IMG/VR virus record: IMGVR_UViG_3300020811_000088
Span: 1-60,628 of that record
Source of the DNA: a virus
Reading direction: 5' to 3' (one strand)
Length of the DNA: 60,628 nucleotides
Below the pieces are notes generated by a model that was not told the origin of the DNA, ran no database searches, and saw nothing but the letters and a program-made list of their open reading frames with translations. Both the position numbers and the translations under genes were made by a program. Shown piece after piece: positions 35,373 through 42,753 of this stretch (position 1 is its first letter; each line of letters starts with the position of its first letter).

Positions 35373-35404
35373 AAAAAACCCGCCTCAGTGGACGGGTCTG
35401 TTTT
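35373..35404. terminator. Bidirectional terminator (A-tract / hairpin / T-tract) between the non-coding locus and the GIY-YIG gene
   Basis: AAAAAACCCGCC-tcagtg-GACGGGT-ctgTTTT. Confidence 0.7.
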
Positions 35405-35744
35405 AAGAATTAACCGCAAGCTTCAATATCTTTTCTAGGTTTAGCGGTGCGCAGTTGTTCTTCTCGTGCCCGTTAAGGGGTGGATTAAACATGTGGATGT
35501 AAAGCGATTCCAGTACGTCGAGGTGCTCCTTTGGGCATGGCAGTACGGTAAAGCTGTCAAAGTTCTTGTGTGTGTGGGAGCTTATTCTGGAGTAGATGTT
35601 TACTGATTGCCCGACGTAAATAATTTTGTTGTTTGATATGAGGAAGTAAACGCCAGTAAATTTTTGCCACGGCTTAGCGGCGTTTAAGATTGACTCTTCT
35701 GAAACGAGCGACTTGCTGGTTATTTTGTTCGACAACTCACTCAT
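35403..35744 (-). CDS. GIY-YIG nuclease domain protein (homing-endonuclease-like), AT-rich
   Basis: GVYFLISNNKIIYVGQSVNIYSRISSH matches GIY-(10)-YIG...R..H. Confidence 0.6.
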   Translation of the reverse strand: MSELSNKITSKSLVSEESILNAAKPWQKFTGVYFLISNNKIIYVGQSVNIYSRISSHTHKNFDSFTVLPCPKEHLDVLESLYIHMFNPPLNGHEKNNCAPLNLEKILKLAVNS

Positions 35745-35766
35745 GGATTCAATTTCTTGAACGGCT

Positions 35767-35928
35767 TTAAGCTTTTTTCCAGCGCTTCAATCTGGTTTTT
35801 AGCAAGTAATGGCGCTCGTATGCGTCTCGAATGGCCGCCTCGTGTGCTGCTTTGTTTGCTTTGCGTGTGGCAACGCTTTTTGCCGAGCGCCTTGCTTGCT
35901 CTTCTGGTGATGGCTTAACGTAAATCAT
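35767..35928 (-). CDS. 53-aa ORF; probably the N-terminal extension of the GIY-YIG protein
   Basis: GAGGA RBS; MIYVKPSPEEQARRSAKSVATRKANKAAHEAAIRDAYERHYLL... Adding 1 nt in each of T5 (35796..800) and T6 (35773..778) reads through ...LKNQIEALEKKLKAVQEIESMSELSNK. Confidence 0.4.
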   Translation of the reverse strand: MIYVKPSPEEQARRSAKSVATRKANKAAHEAAIRDAYERHYLLKTRLKRWKKA

Positions 35929-35932
35929 GATT

Positions 35933-36124
35933 TCAGTCCTCCAGGTTAAGCATATTCACCCCTTCACGAACTGCTTCCAGTGTCTCTTTCAAGTTCTCTT
36001 TACTCAGTATCAGGCTGCACGCGAGGGTCATCACGCAGCAGTTTGCGTCTTGCGTCTGAAGCGTGAACAACACGGTATCGTCCTCGTCCACTGCTTCGAC
36101 TTTGGTTGCGTAAACTTTAATCAT
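35933..36124 (-). CDS. Hypothetical small protein
   Basis: AGGAG RBS before MIKVYATKVEAV. Confidence 0.5.
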   Translation of the reverse strand: MIKVYATKVEAVDEDDTVLFTLQTQDANCCVMTLACSLILSKENLKETLEAVREGVNMLNLED

Positions 36125-36441
36125 GGCTTGCTCCTTGATTTCGTTGGTTGATTGGTCATCCACAGGGCGTAGGTCTTGGTGCGGGCGTGTTTCATTTGCC
36201 GGATGGAGCACTTATCTTTGATGCCACGGTAGACCAAGAAGCGGCCCAGGGCCTTGCGCACGGCCTGGAACTGATCTTCTGGTATCTCCATGGCTTGCTT
36301 AAAGTCAAGCAGCTTCTCAAAGTGTTCGTCGTAGATTGTTTTTCCCTTGGTTTTGAATCCGATGTTTGGGATTGGAACGATCTTGATACTGGACTCCCCG
36401 GTGAAGGGGTTGTAGTTTGTTGCGAATTTAGTTGCTGTCAT
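36121..36441 (-). CDS. Hypothetical protein
   Basis: ATGA coupling at both ends; MTATKFATNYNPFTGE... Confidence 0.5.
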   Translation of the reverse strand: MTATKFATNYNPFTGESSIKIVPIPNIGFKTKGKTIYDEHFEKLLDFKQAMEIPEDQFQAVRKALGRFLVYRGIKDKCSIRQMKHARTKTYALWMTNQPTKSRSKP

Positions 36442-36683
36442 TTGTTGCTCGTTGGTCGTGGTGTGTTCTCTGGTACTGGTACGCACATGTATACGGCTGC
36501 GTACTGGCCTCTCTGGCCCTTTGGCTTTACCCAGCGGTCGATGTAAACACCCCACACGTTGCGCAAAGTTAAGTTGGTTGATGTGACGTTGCTGTTCAGT
36601 TTTTCGGCCAGTTGCTTGGTGGTCAGTCCGTCTTCTGCGGCAAGGAGTAGGTCTCTTATGGCTTGATGCCTGCTGTTTCTCAC
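36438..36683 (-). CDS. Small winged-helix/HTH-like DNA-binding protein
   Basis: IRDLLLAAEDGLTTKQLAEKLNSNVTSTNLTLRNV; GTG start overlaps the upstream stop. Confidence 0.4.
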   Translation of the reverse strand: MRNSRHQAIRDLLLAAEDGLTTKQLAEKLNSNVTSTNLTLRNVWGVYIDRWVKPKGQRGQYAAVYMCVPVPENTPRPTSNK

Positions 36684-36928
36684 GCAGCCTCCTCCGCGTT
36701 CAATTGGTCTGCCACCTTGTGGGCCAGCTCAACCAACCCGTCCCAGATCATCTTCTTTTGAATTCGGTAGTTGCATGGGCCGCCGTCACAGCCGATGTGG
36801 ATTTTGTCTTTACCAATCCACCCGTATGACGCTTTGCCGTGCGTGTTGTCATCACGAATAACGCAGACCTCATAAGAGCTGGTGGTGTATCCGCCCTTGG
36901 TGTGGACAACCCATTTGGCTTTTTTCAT
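36680..36928 (-). CDS. Hypothetical small protein
   Basis: Translationally coupled ORF. Confidence 0.5.
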   Translation of the reverse strand: MKKAKWVVHTKGGYTTSSYEVCVIRDDNTHGKASYGWIGKDKIHIGCDGGPCNYRIQKKMIWDGLVELAHKVADQLNAEEAA

Positions 36929-37128
36929 TCTTGTTCCTTGTTAAGTGCCGCCCATTCTTCGTCTGTGATTAGTGGGATGGGGCTGGTATATACACCTTCG
37001 TACAAACCAAGCCGTACATTTTCATCATGCAGCCTTTGCAGCGCCCGTTGCCTTGCATATGTCACAGCCATCATCCGGGCCTTGGCTTCGCGCTCGATGC
37101 GGTTGAACTCGTCGTCTTCGGTGTTCAT
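36925..37128 (-). CDS. Hypothetical small protein (starts MNTEDDEF)
   Basis: Translationally coupled ORF. Confidence 0.5.
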   Translation of the reverse strand: MNTEDDEFNRIEREAKARMMAVTYARQRALQRLHDENVRLGLYEGVYTSPIPLITDEEWAALNKEQE

Positions 37129-37790
37129 GGTTTCTCCTTGAGTTGATAGTCTTTAAAAACAGCGCCCTTGCTTGCGTCGCCCTTCCAACATTCTTTCACC
37201 CAGCCACGCTTGCCTGATTTGTATGTGCGCCAATGGCCACGAACTTGGTGTCTGCGTGGTGTTGCATGTGTGCCACCTTGCGGATCGTTCTTTTGCTTCG
37301 GAGGCTCTACCACTACAGTGTGCCAATCAAACGTCAGGGCTGATTTGCCTTTTAATTGCCTTTTTTGATTGATGAATGTGCGCTTTGGCGTGGGCCTGTA
37401 GCCTTCGGCTTGTATAGCCAGCTTGGTCACTACAGCAAGCACCATGCGATGCACTGGCTTGATGTCTTCCAAGGTGATCTCTTCACCCTTGCGGTAAATC
37501 TTGAAACCGTCACCGTCAAGCATGTATGCGAATGGTGGAAAGTATTTCCCGCCGTGCCACATTGAACACCCGCCAACAGTGACTGATCCATCGCCCTGCA
37601 AAAGCCACATTGCAAAGTCTTTGCCGCCGGTGTCGAGGCCAGCAATGCCGGTGCGCTTTGATGGCAAGTGCATTAAGAACTCGGCAGGCACCTTTGTGGC
37701 TTGCGTGGCCTCCATCTGACCAACATCAAACCACAGCGCGGTTTCTGGCTCGGGCGCAAACTTAACAGCCTTGCAAACCAAAGGGGTCAT
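37125..37790 (-). CDS. Hypothetical protein with basic C-terminus (PRRHQVRGHWRTYKSGKRGWV)
   Basis: 221-aa ORF with ATGA coupling. Confidence 0.55.
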   Translation of the reverse strand: MTPLVCKAVKFAPEPETALWFDVGQMEATQATKVPAEFLMHLPSKRTGIAGLDTGGKDFAMWLLQGDGSVTVGGCSMWHGGKYFPPFAYMLDGDGFKIYRKGEEITLEDIKPVHRMVLAVVTKLAIQAEGYRPTPKRTFINQKRQLKGKSALTFDWHTVVVEPPKQKNDPQGGTHATPRRHQVRGHWRTYKSGKRGWVKECWKGDASKGAVFKDYQLKEKP

Positions 37791-37992
37791 GGTTTCTCCT
37801 TATTAAAGCCACCAAAATGTGCGCCAACATTTGCAAGCGCCATTTGCTTAACAAACTCTTGCTCCAGTTCGGTCAGCTCGTTAAAGCCTTCGATCTTTTT
37901 GCAGGTGTCTTCCATTGTTTTTTCATTGATTCGTTCAACGCTTTGGCATATCGAGCACCCAAAGCAGCGTAAGCCTCGTCTTCGGTGTTCAT
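37787..37992 (-). CDS. Hypothetical small protein, split by a 1-nt deficit in T6 run 37908..37913 (+ strand)
   Basis: ATG 37992 overlaps the upstream TGA. MNTEDEAYAALGARYAKALNESMKK then shifts frame to TMEDTCKKIEGFNELTELEQEFVKQMALANVGAHFGGFNKEKP. Confidence 0.5.
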
Positions 37993-38234
37993 GCTTGCCC
38001 CCTTGCGCGGATGGCGTCAGCAAACATCTTTCCGTAAAACGGCTCGGTTTCAAGGCACAACTTTGCACACGCCTCGCGCTCATCCAGTTCGGCCAACCAA
38101 ACCAGCCAATATAGAAAGTCCATGTTGTCTACGATCGTTTTTTCGTGTTGCTCAAAACTGCCCAATCTTCCGTCTTCGGCGCACAGCCGAATGGCTCTGC
38201 TTGCCAGACTTCTTACTTTATTTTCTGCGCTCAT
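37989..38234 (-). CDS. Hypothetical small protein ending ...EREACAKLC...AIRARGQA
   Basis: Coupled ORF; C-terminal module shared with 38506..38751. Confidence 0.55.
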   Translation of the reverse strand: MSAENKVRSLASRAIRLCAEDGRLGSFEQHEKTIVDNMDFLYWLVWLAELDEREACAKLCLETEPFYGKMFADAIRARGQA

Positions 38235-38509
38235 GGTTTGTTCCTTGGTTTCAGAGTATTGGGTTTTGCTTGAAGCGATATAGTGTCATGCAATGCCCGA
38301 AGGGCTTCGCAATGCCGTTTATTTGCAATCTCGATTCCAGCCGCATAGCCCTCTTGGTATGACATGAAACTACTCGGGTCGATGTTCGCCATTGTGTGGT
38401 TAGCAACCAGTTTGGCAAACGCCACTACCACAGGGTCATACCAGTTGGTGTCGTGGTTTGGGTCATTGGTGGCAACCTTCCACATATATTCAATATCACT
38501 TGTGTTCAT
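38231..38509 (-). CDS. Hypothetical small protein (starts MNTSDIEY)
   Basis: ATGA coupling at 38506..38509. Confidence 0.5.
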   Translation of the reverse strand: MNTSDIEYMWKVATNDPNHDTNWYDPVVVAFAKLVANHTMANIDPSSFMSYQEGYAAGIEIANKRHCEALRALHDTISLQAKPNTLKPRNKP

Positions 38510-38751
38510 GCTTGTCCCCTTGATCTGATGGCGGCGGCTCCTTTGCGCTTTGCCGCACCTGCTTGCGGCCATGCTTCCCAAGTTTCTGCCTCAGCTTCAA
38601 AAGCCTTCGCACACGCCTCGCGCTCTGCGGCTTGGGCCAGTTGAATCAACTTCTCGGCGTACTCAAGTCCAATGATGGGCATCCAGTTCACGTCTGTCGC
38701 CAGATGCAGACCCGCTTGCTGAACAATCCGGGTAACGTCACTTGTGTTCAT
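38506..38751 (-). CDS. Hypothetical small protein ending ...EREACAKAF...AIRSRGQA
   Basis: Coupled ORF. Confidence 0.55.
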   Translation of the reverse strand: MNTSDVTRIVQQAGLHLATDVNWMPIIGLEYAEKLIQLAQAAEREACAKAFEAEAETWEAWPQAGAAKRKGAAAIRSRGQA

Positions 38752-38939
38752 GCAAATCTCCTTTGTAAATCATCCCAATGCTCGCCATACAAATCTGCGG
38801 ACATGGCGTAGTACAGCAGCGCCAGCCACATTGACCTGTCGTTTCCCAGCTTATGTTGAACACGTGCGCTGTGCAGGTATCCGTCTTTCATGCGCTGGAC
38901 GTAGCTTTCTCTGGTGTCGTCGTTGTACGGCATGCTCAT
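38748..38939 (-). CDS. Hypothetical small protein
   Basis: Coupled ORF. Confidence 0.5.
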   Translation of the reverse strand: MSMPYNDDTRESYVQRMKDGYLHSARVQHKLGNDRSMWLALLYYAMSADLYGEHWDDLQRRFA

Positions 38940-39103
38940 GTGTTCTCCTTTAGTGGTTGCATTGCCGCTTGCAAGTGTTCGTCTTGGTGCTTCTTTGCCT
39001 CTTTCATTTCGGCAAGCAGGGCTTCAAGTTCTGCAATTGAGTACATACCTTCGGGTACATGAAACCGCGCCGTGTCATATGTTCTGTATGTGTATTCACT
39101 CAT
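38936..39103 (-). CDS. 55-aa ORF (below the track cutoff) ending ...LKENT
   Basis: Hand translation: MSEYTYRTYDTARFHVPEGMYSIAELEALLAEMKEAKKHQDEHLQAAMQPLKENT*; ATGA overlaps at both ends. Confidence 0.5.
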   Translation of the reverse strand: MSEYTYRTYDTARFHVPEGMYSIAELEALLAEMKEAKKHQDEHLQAAMQPLKENT

Positions 39104-39513
39104 GTGTTCTTCTCCTTGAGTTTGGCTTCTGCTATACGCACAGCATCCATTGGCAATTCCAACGCAATTTCTTGTATCTCCTCATCAGTCAGCCCAACCC
39201 AAGCGGCTGGCTGGGGGCGGGTTATGCTGTCCTGCCCAGAAATGTACGCAACCCGCAATGCTTGCGAGAAGCCAATTTCTTCTGGGTCGCCATGTTGGTT
39301 TGCAAGCCACTGCTCAAACGCCACCGGCTCATCGGCTGGCACATCTGAGCAGTTGTCGCCGATAACTTTTGCGGTTGCCTTCAGCTCCTCCAGCCGATCC
39401 ATCGCGTGCGCCCAGTCCACGGCGAACAGCTTGAAATCAAAGGTTCCCTCTTGGGTCTGAAACTCCACAAGAAACTCTTGCCACTCAACCCCATCAACAA
39501 TTACTTTTGACAT
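39100..39513 (-). CDS. Member of the PQPAAWVGLT...KEKNT paralog family
   Basis: GGAGGG RBS before MSKVIVDGVEW; C-terminus RPQPAAWVGLTDEEIQEI...AEAKLKEKNT. Confidence 0.6.
   Translation of the reverse strand: MSKVIVDGVEWQEFLVEFQTQEGTFDFKLFAVDWAHAMDRLEELKATAKVIGDNCSDVPADEPVAFEQWLANQHGDPEEIGFSQALRVAYISGQDSITRPQPAAWVGLTDEEIQEIALELPMDAVRIAEAKLKEKNT
39187..39222. repeat. 36-bp repeat (agtcagcccaacccaagcggctggctgggggcgggt), copy 1
   Basis: Identical to 39623..39658; 33/36 identical to 40706..40740. Confidence 0.85.
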
Positions 39514-39514
39514 C

Positions 39515-39958
39515 TCAATTCCCTCCGTTCTTCTCGCGCAGCTTGGCTTCGATGGCGTAAGCGAACTCGTTAAAACCACCGCCCTCTTGCGTGTCATCAA
39601 AAGCGATGTCGATGTCTTGCTGAGTCAGCCCAACCCAAGCGGCTGGCTGGGGGCGGGTGTAGAGGGGAAGTGTCTGCACATTAGCTTCGCTACCAAAACC
39701 ACGTTCAAGCTCGCACTCGATTTCATCCGCAACATCGGCTCGGACAACGATCTTTTGAACTGCGCCAAAGGCTTTCACCATGTACGCCACAGGCTCCCCG
39801 GCTGGCTGCTGCTCAAGGGCTTGGCGTAGGGCGGCGATGGCTTCTTTCGTGCCTTCAAGCCAATGCCATTGACCTTCAATGATATGAGCATCATCCACAA
39901 ATCTTTCATAGGATTCCAACGCCTCCAGCGCCAGCTTCAATGCTTCGTCTTTAGTCAT
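39515..39958 (-). CDS. Member of the PQPAAWVGLT paralog family
   Basis: ...RPQPAAWVGLTQQDIDIAFDD...AIEAKLREKNGGN. Confidence 0.6.
   Translation of the reverse strand: MTKDEALKLALEALESYERFVDDAHIIEGQWHWLEGTKEAIAALRQALEQQPAGEPVAYMVKAFGAVQKIVVRADVADEIECELERGFGSEANVQTLPLYTRPQPAAWVGLTQQDIDIAFDDTQEGGGFNEFAYAIEAKLREKNGGN
39623..39658. repeat. 36-bp repeat, copy 2
   Basis: Exact match to 39187..39222. Confidence 0.85.
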
Positions 39959-40185
39959 GCTTGTCCCCTATAAAACTCACCATGTGCCCACTGCCTATCA
40001 ATTTCATCAGCGGCAAGGTCTGCTTGTTTGTCCATCGACTGGGCAATTAACTCACGCTCGGACCGGATAGCTTTCTCAAGCAGCTCCTCAATATCCCAAG
40101 GAAGTGGGACGCCAGCGTTTTCGTAGGCCGTGTTGCGCCACATGGAGGCACTGATCTTGTAGCGTTCGCAGTCAGGGCAGGTCAT
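39955..40185 (-). CDS. Hypothetical small protein ending ...YRGQA
   Basis: Coupled ORF. Confidence 0.5.
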   Translation of the reverse strand: MTCPDCERYKISASMWRNTAYENAGVPLPWDIEELLEKAIRSERELIAQSMDKQADLAADEIDRQWAHGEFYRGQA

Positions 40186-40388
40186 GATGGCTTCCTTCCC
40201 CCGCGCTCAAACGCTTCACGTTGGTCTGCGCTGTTGTGGACGGCAATAAACTCCGCCTCGTCAATGGCCGGCTTACACCAACAGGTTGGCATCAACTCAT
40301 GCTCGTACAGGTCATCGGTGGGAATGATATGTTGCACAAGATTCCCGGCTTCTGAAACAAATCCCTCAAGTTTCCATGGTGTGTTCAT
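40182..40388 (-). CDS. Hypothetical small Cys/His protein (H...CWCKP...HNSADQRE)
   Basis: Coupled ORF. Confidence 0.5.
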   Translation of the reverse strand: MNTPWKLEGFVSEAGNLVQHIIPTDDLYEHELMPTCWCKPAIDEAEFIAVHNSADQREAFERGGRKPS

Positions 40389-40588
40389 TTTGTTACCTTC
40401 CGAATTGCAGTCTCAATCAAGCCCGAAAGCTCAATCCATTCCGCTGCTGTAAACAGGCTCATATGAAAGTCGTTAATCTGCGCTTCGTCTGGTGCAGCTT
40501 CTTTTGTATCTGGCGCTGACACAGTTGTTATATGTAATCCGTCCATCTCAATCGTAACCTCGCTGACTCGTGCGTGAAAGTTGCTCAT
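40385..40588 (-). CDS. Hypothetical small protein
   Basis: Starts at the conserved GAGAAGAACACATGAG junction. Confidence 0.5.
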   Translation of the reverse strand: MSNFHARVSEVTIEMDGLHITTVSAPDTKEAAPDEAQINDFHMSLFTAAEWIELSGLIETAIRKVTK

Positions 40589-41160
40589 GTGTTCTTCTCC
40601 CTCAACGCTTGCTCGATGGCGCGTCCAATACTGCGGCGCGTCACAGCCATGCTGTAAGGCTCCTGCCTGGCAATACGATCGTAAATTGCGTGAATTTCAT
40701 CCTCGGTCAAGCCAACCCAAGCGGCTGGCTGGGGGCTGGTGTGTTTTTGCACCAATGCAATTAGGCGTTTTGCTTCACCTTCGTACTTCATCCAACGATC
40801 ACCCCAAGGCTCTGGAATTGGCCCGCCTTCCCAAACGAGTTCTGTGCAGGCTTCCTCGCCACATTCATCTGCACACAATTCCCAAGCCAACGATTCCCAC
40901 GCCACAGGCTCATCAGGCATCTTCATCAGACGCTCGTCAGACACGCCTGACCATCCACGCTGTTTTGCGGCTTCGTAGGCTTCCATAGCCCGTTCTCCAA
41001 TGCCTACATTTGTTTGTGTCAGGGCTACGGTATCTGTTTGCTCAAGGGCTTGGCGCAGGGCGTTTCTAACCTCTTTGCCTTCTTGTGCCCACTTGTCAAA
41101 GTCGGGCCATGAATTTCTATCCAACCACTCCAGCGCCTGTTTCATTGCTTCTCTGCTCAT
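40585..41160 (-). CDS. Member of the PQPAAWVGLT paralog family
   Basis: Start MSREAMKQ at a conserved junction; ...SPQPAAWVGLTEDEIHAIYDRIA...IEQALREKNT. Confidence 0.6.
   Translation of the reverse strand: MSREAMKQALEWLDRNSWPDFDKWAQEGKEVRNALRQALEQTDTVALTQTNVGIGERAMEAYEAAKQRGWSGVSDERLMKMPDEPVAWESLAWELCADECGEEACTELVWEGGPIPEPWGDRWMKYEGEAKRLIALVQKHTSPQPAAWVGLTEDEIHAIYDRIARQEPYSMAVTRRSIGRAIEQALREKNT
40706..40740. repeat. Diverged copy 3 of the 36-bp repeat
   Basis: gtcaagccaacccaagcggctggctgggggctggt. Confidence 0.75.
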
Positions 41161-41753
41161 GTGTTCTTCTCCTTCAGCAATTCGGCGCATAGTTTTCGTG
41201 CCGCTTCATTTCCGCCTTTGACCGTGATGACTACGGTGTCGCCATCAACACGAACACCGCGCATCAGCCCAACCCATTCACGCTGTGGTTGTGGGGTGGT
41301 GTAAAGACATTCCTCTGCATCACAGCAGGCTTGTCGGTTTGGACATTCATCATCACCATCCCAGCAAACTGGCCTTTTCTTCTGCACAGGTGCTGGCTGT
41401 GCTGCGGGTGGGGTGGTGATGTCTTGCCAGTCCTGCACTCGCGCATCATCAAGCGACAAGCCGCGCATCTTGGCAAATTCCTTTATCGCATCCACTGCTG
41501 GTGATGCCTCATCAGCAGACGACAACATGATGCGCTTTGGTCGTGATGTAAGCCAACCCATAAAGTCAAACAATGCGCCAGCAATTACGCCGTGGATCAC
41601 ATTTTGTCCCTTGTAAAGCTCGTCGTATTTTGCATACAGCTTGGCAAACTGCTCCAGCGCCGCAACAAACTTGTCGTGGTCTTTGCCAAGGCCGTACACA
41701 TCCATATGCGACTCTCGCGCCATTTCCATGATGGTTCGTTTACGCCATGTCAT
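41157..41753 (-). CDS. Distant member of the same family (TPQPQREWVGLMRG...LCAELLKEKNT)
   Basis: GAGGAG RBS; 198 aa. Confidence 0.55.
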   Translation of the reverse strand: MTWRKRTIMEMARESHMDVYGLGKDHDKFVAALEQFAKLYAKYDELYKGQNVIHGVIAGALFDFMGWLTSRPKRIMLSSADEASPAVDAIKEFAKMRGLSLDDARVQDWQDITTPPAAQPAPVQKKRPVCWDGDDECPNRQACCDAEECLYTTPQPQREWVGLMRGVRVDGDTVVITVKGGNEAARKLCAELLKEKNT

Positions 41754-41822
41754 GCTTGCTCCTCAACGGATAGGGCGGGAAAGGGCCAGTTGTTTTGGGG
41801 CCACTTGCGTTCAGTCATTTGG

Positions 41823-42008
41823 TCATCTCCATTTTGTATTTCTCCCAAGATTGCAACGTATCTGCAATTTGATGGGTTTTTCATACTTGTCACGCACAAA
41901 TTCTTCAATCAGTTTTCTGATGCCAAGCAATTTTTCGTGCGCTTCAGCTGCTTTCTTTTCTTGAAAAAAAGTCCCGTCATCAGTTAAATAACCAGACACA
42001 TTTTTCAT
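41823..42008 (-). CDS. Hypothetical small protein (C-terminus may be frameshifted at T5 run 41877..41881)
   Basis: MKNVSGYLTDDGTFFQEKKAAEAHEKL...; the alternative tail ...YEKTHQIADTLQSWEKYKMEMTK* would end at 41815. Confidence 0.45.
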   Translation of the reverse strand: MKNVSGYLTDDGTFFQEKKAAEAHEKLLGIRKLIEEFVRDKYEKPIKLQIRCNLGRNTKWR

Positions 42009-42166
42009 TCCTTCTTCTCCTGCAACAAACACAAAGAGCCAACCCACACCATGCCGCCAAGGATAGAGATCGGCCAGCTCAACCAACCGGGCAAGAACTC
42101 GATGGATGCCGACACCACAAACGGTATGACAAAGATGCACAGCAGGGTCACGATTTTGTCTTTCAT
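42005..42166 (-). CDS. 53-aa 2-TM membrane protein (below the track cutoff)
   Basis: AGGAG RBS; MKDKIVTLLCIFVIPFVVSASIEFLPGWLSWPISILGGMVWVGSLCLLQEKKE*; ATGA overlap with the next gene. Confidence 0.5.
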   Translation of the reverse strand: MKDKIVTLLCIFVIPFVVSASIEFLPGWLSWPISILGGMVWVGSLCLLQEKKE

Positions 42167-42169
42167 TTC

Positions 42170-42355
42170 TTACTCCTTTGGTGGAAACGTATCAATGCAA
42201 GGGCAACCGCGCTCCATGCAAGCGGGGTCAAGATCGGGAATGTGCCTGTCAATGGCTTCAGCAATCTTCTGGCGCAACAAGCTCGGGCTTGCATGAAACA
42301 GAACGGCAAGGCTCATCAACTCTTCGACAAGCGGTTTGGATTGTTCGTATCTCAT
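42170..42355 (-). CDS. Hypothetical small protein
   Basis: Start MRYEQSKPL coupled to the upstream stop. Confidence 0.5.
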   Translation of the reverse strand: MRYEQSKPLVEELMSLAVLFHASPSLLRQKIAEAIDRHIPDLDPACMERGCPCIDTFPPKE

Positions 42356-42555
42356 TTGCGCACCTCTTTCCATTTGTACAACGGGATGTTGGTGCCACTT
42401 TCGATGGGTTCAAAAGACAAGAACGGGTGCCCCGGATCAGCATAGAACTCACACAAGTACGCGGCGGGCTTTTCCCCCACCAACGTCAATATCTTGTCTA
42501 TGGCGTTGACCGCAATCATTGCCACGTCCTTCACGGCTTGCTCGTTTTGTTTCAT
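42352..42555 (-). CDS. Hypothetical small protein
   Basis: GAGGAG RBS before MKQNEQAV. Confidence 0.5.
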   Translation of the reverse strand: MKQNEQAVKDVAMIAVNAIDKILTLVGEKPAAYLCEFYADPGHPFLSFEPIESGTNIPLYKWKEVRK

Positions 42556-42742
42556 TTCTTGCTCCTCGCCTCGCGGCACAGTTGTTTAATCTCGGTGCTG
42601 ATGTCCGGGCTGAACTCGGCCAAGCACAGTCCATCTTCTTTGCCTCATGCAGGGGTGGGTACATCCAAGCGCACAGGAACACTGCGGCCAGGAACATTGC
42701 ACCCATGCAGATCAAGGCAAGATGCTCAAGCAAATCGTCCAT
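42552..42742 (-). CDS. Small TM protein, split by a 1-nt deficit near 42639..42641
   Basis: AGGAG RBS; MDDLLEHLALICMGAMFLAAVFLCAWMYPPLHEAK then frame -1 reads EDGLCLAEFSPDISTEIKQLCREARSKK*, restoring the ATGA overlap with the next gene. Confidence 0.45.
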
Positions 42743-42753
42743 CACTTTGCTCC

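Noticed and set aside
34946-35400. Identity of the non-coding locus with tmRNA, RNase P RNA, 6S RNA, a retron msr/msd or a group I/II intron.
   Set aside because: I found no tRNA-like 3' end with a resume ORF and no RNase P CR-I/CR-V-like GAGGAAAGUCC motif. I also found no reverse transcriptase gene, no GUGYG/domain V signature, and no interrupted host gene. The identity remains unknown.
34832-35419. Long ORFs in the tRNA-proximal locus (180 aa and 136 aa on +; 187 aa on -).
   Set aside because: They have no SD or start context. Their composition is low-complexity His/Arg/Pro/Cys-rich. They cross intrinsic terminators and 19-bp perfect stems, and the - strand ORF starts inside the GIY-YIG gene and runs through the bidirectional terminator. 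I treat the region as non-coding.
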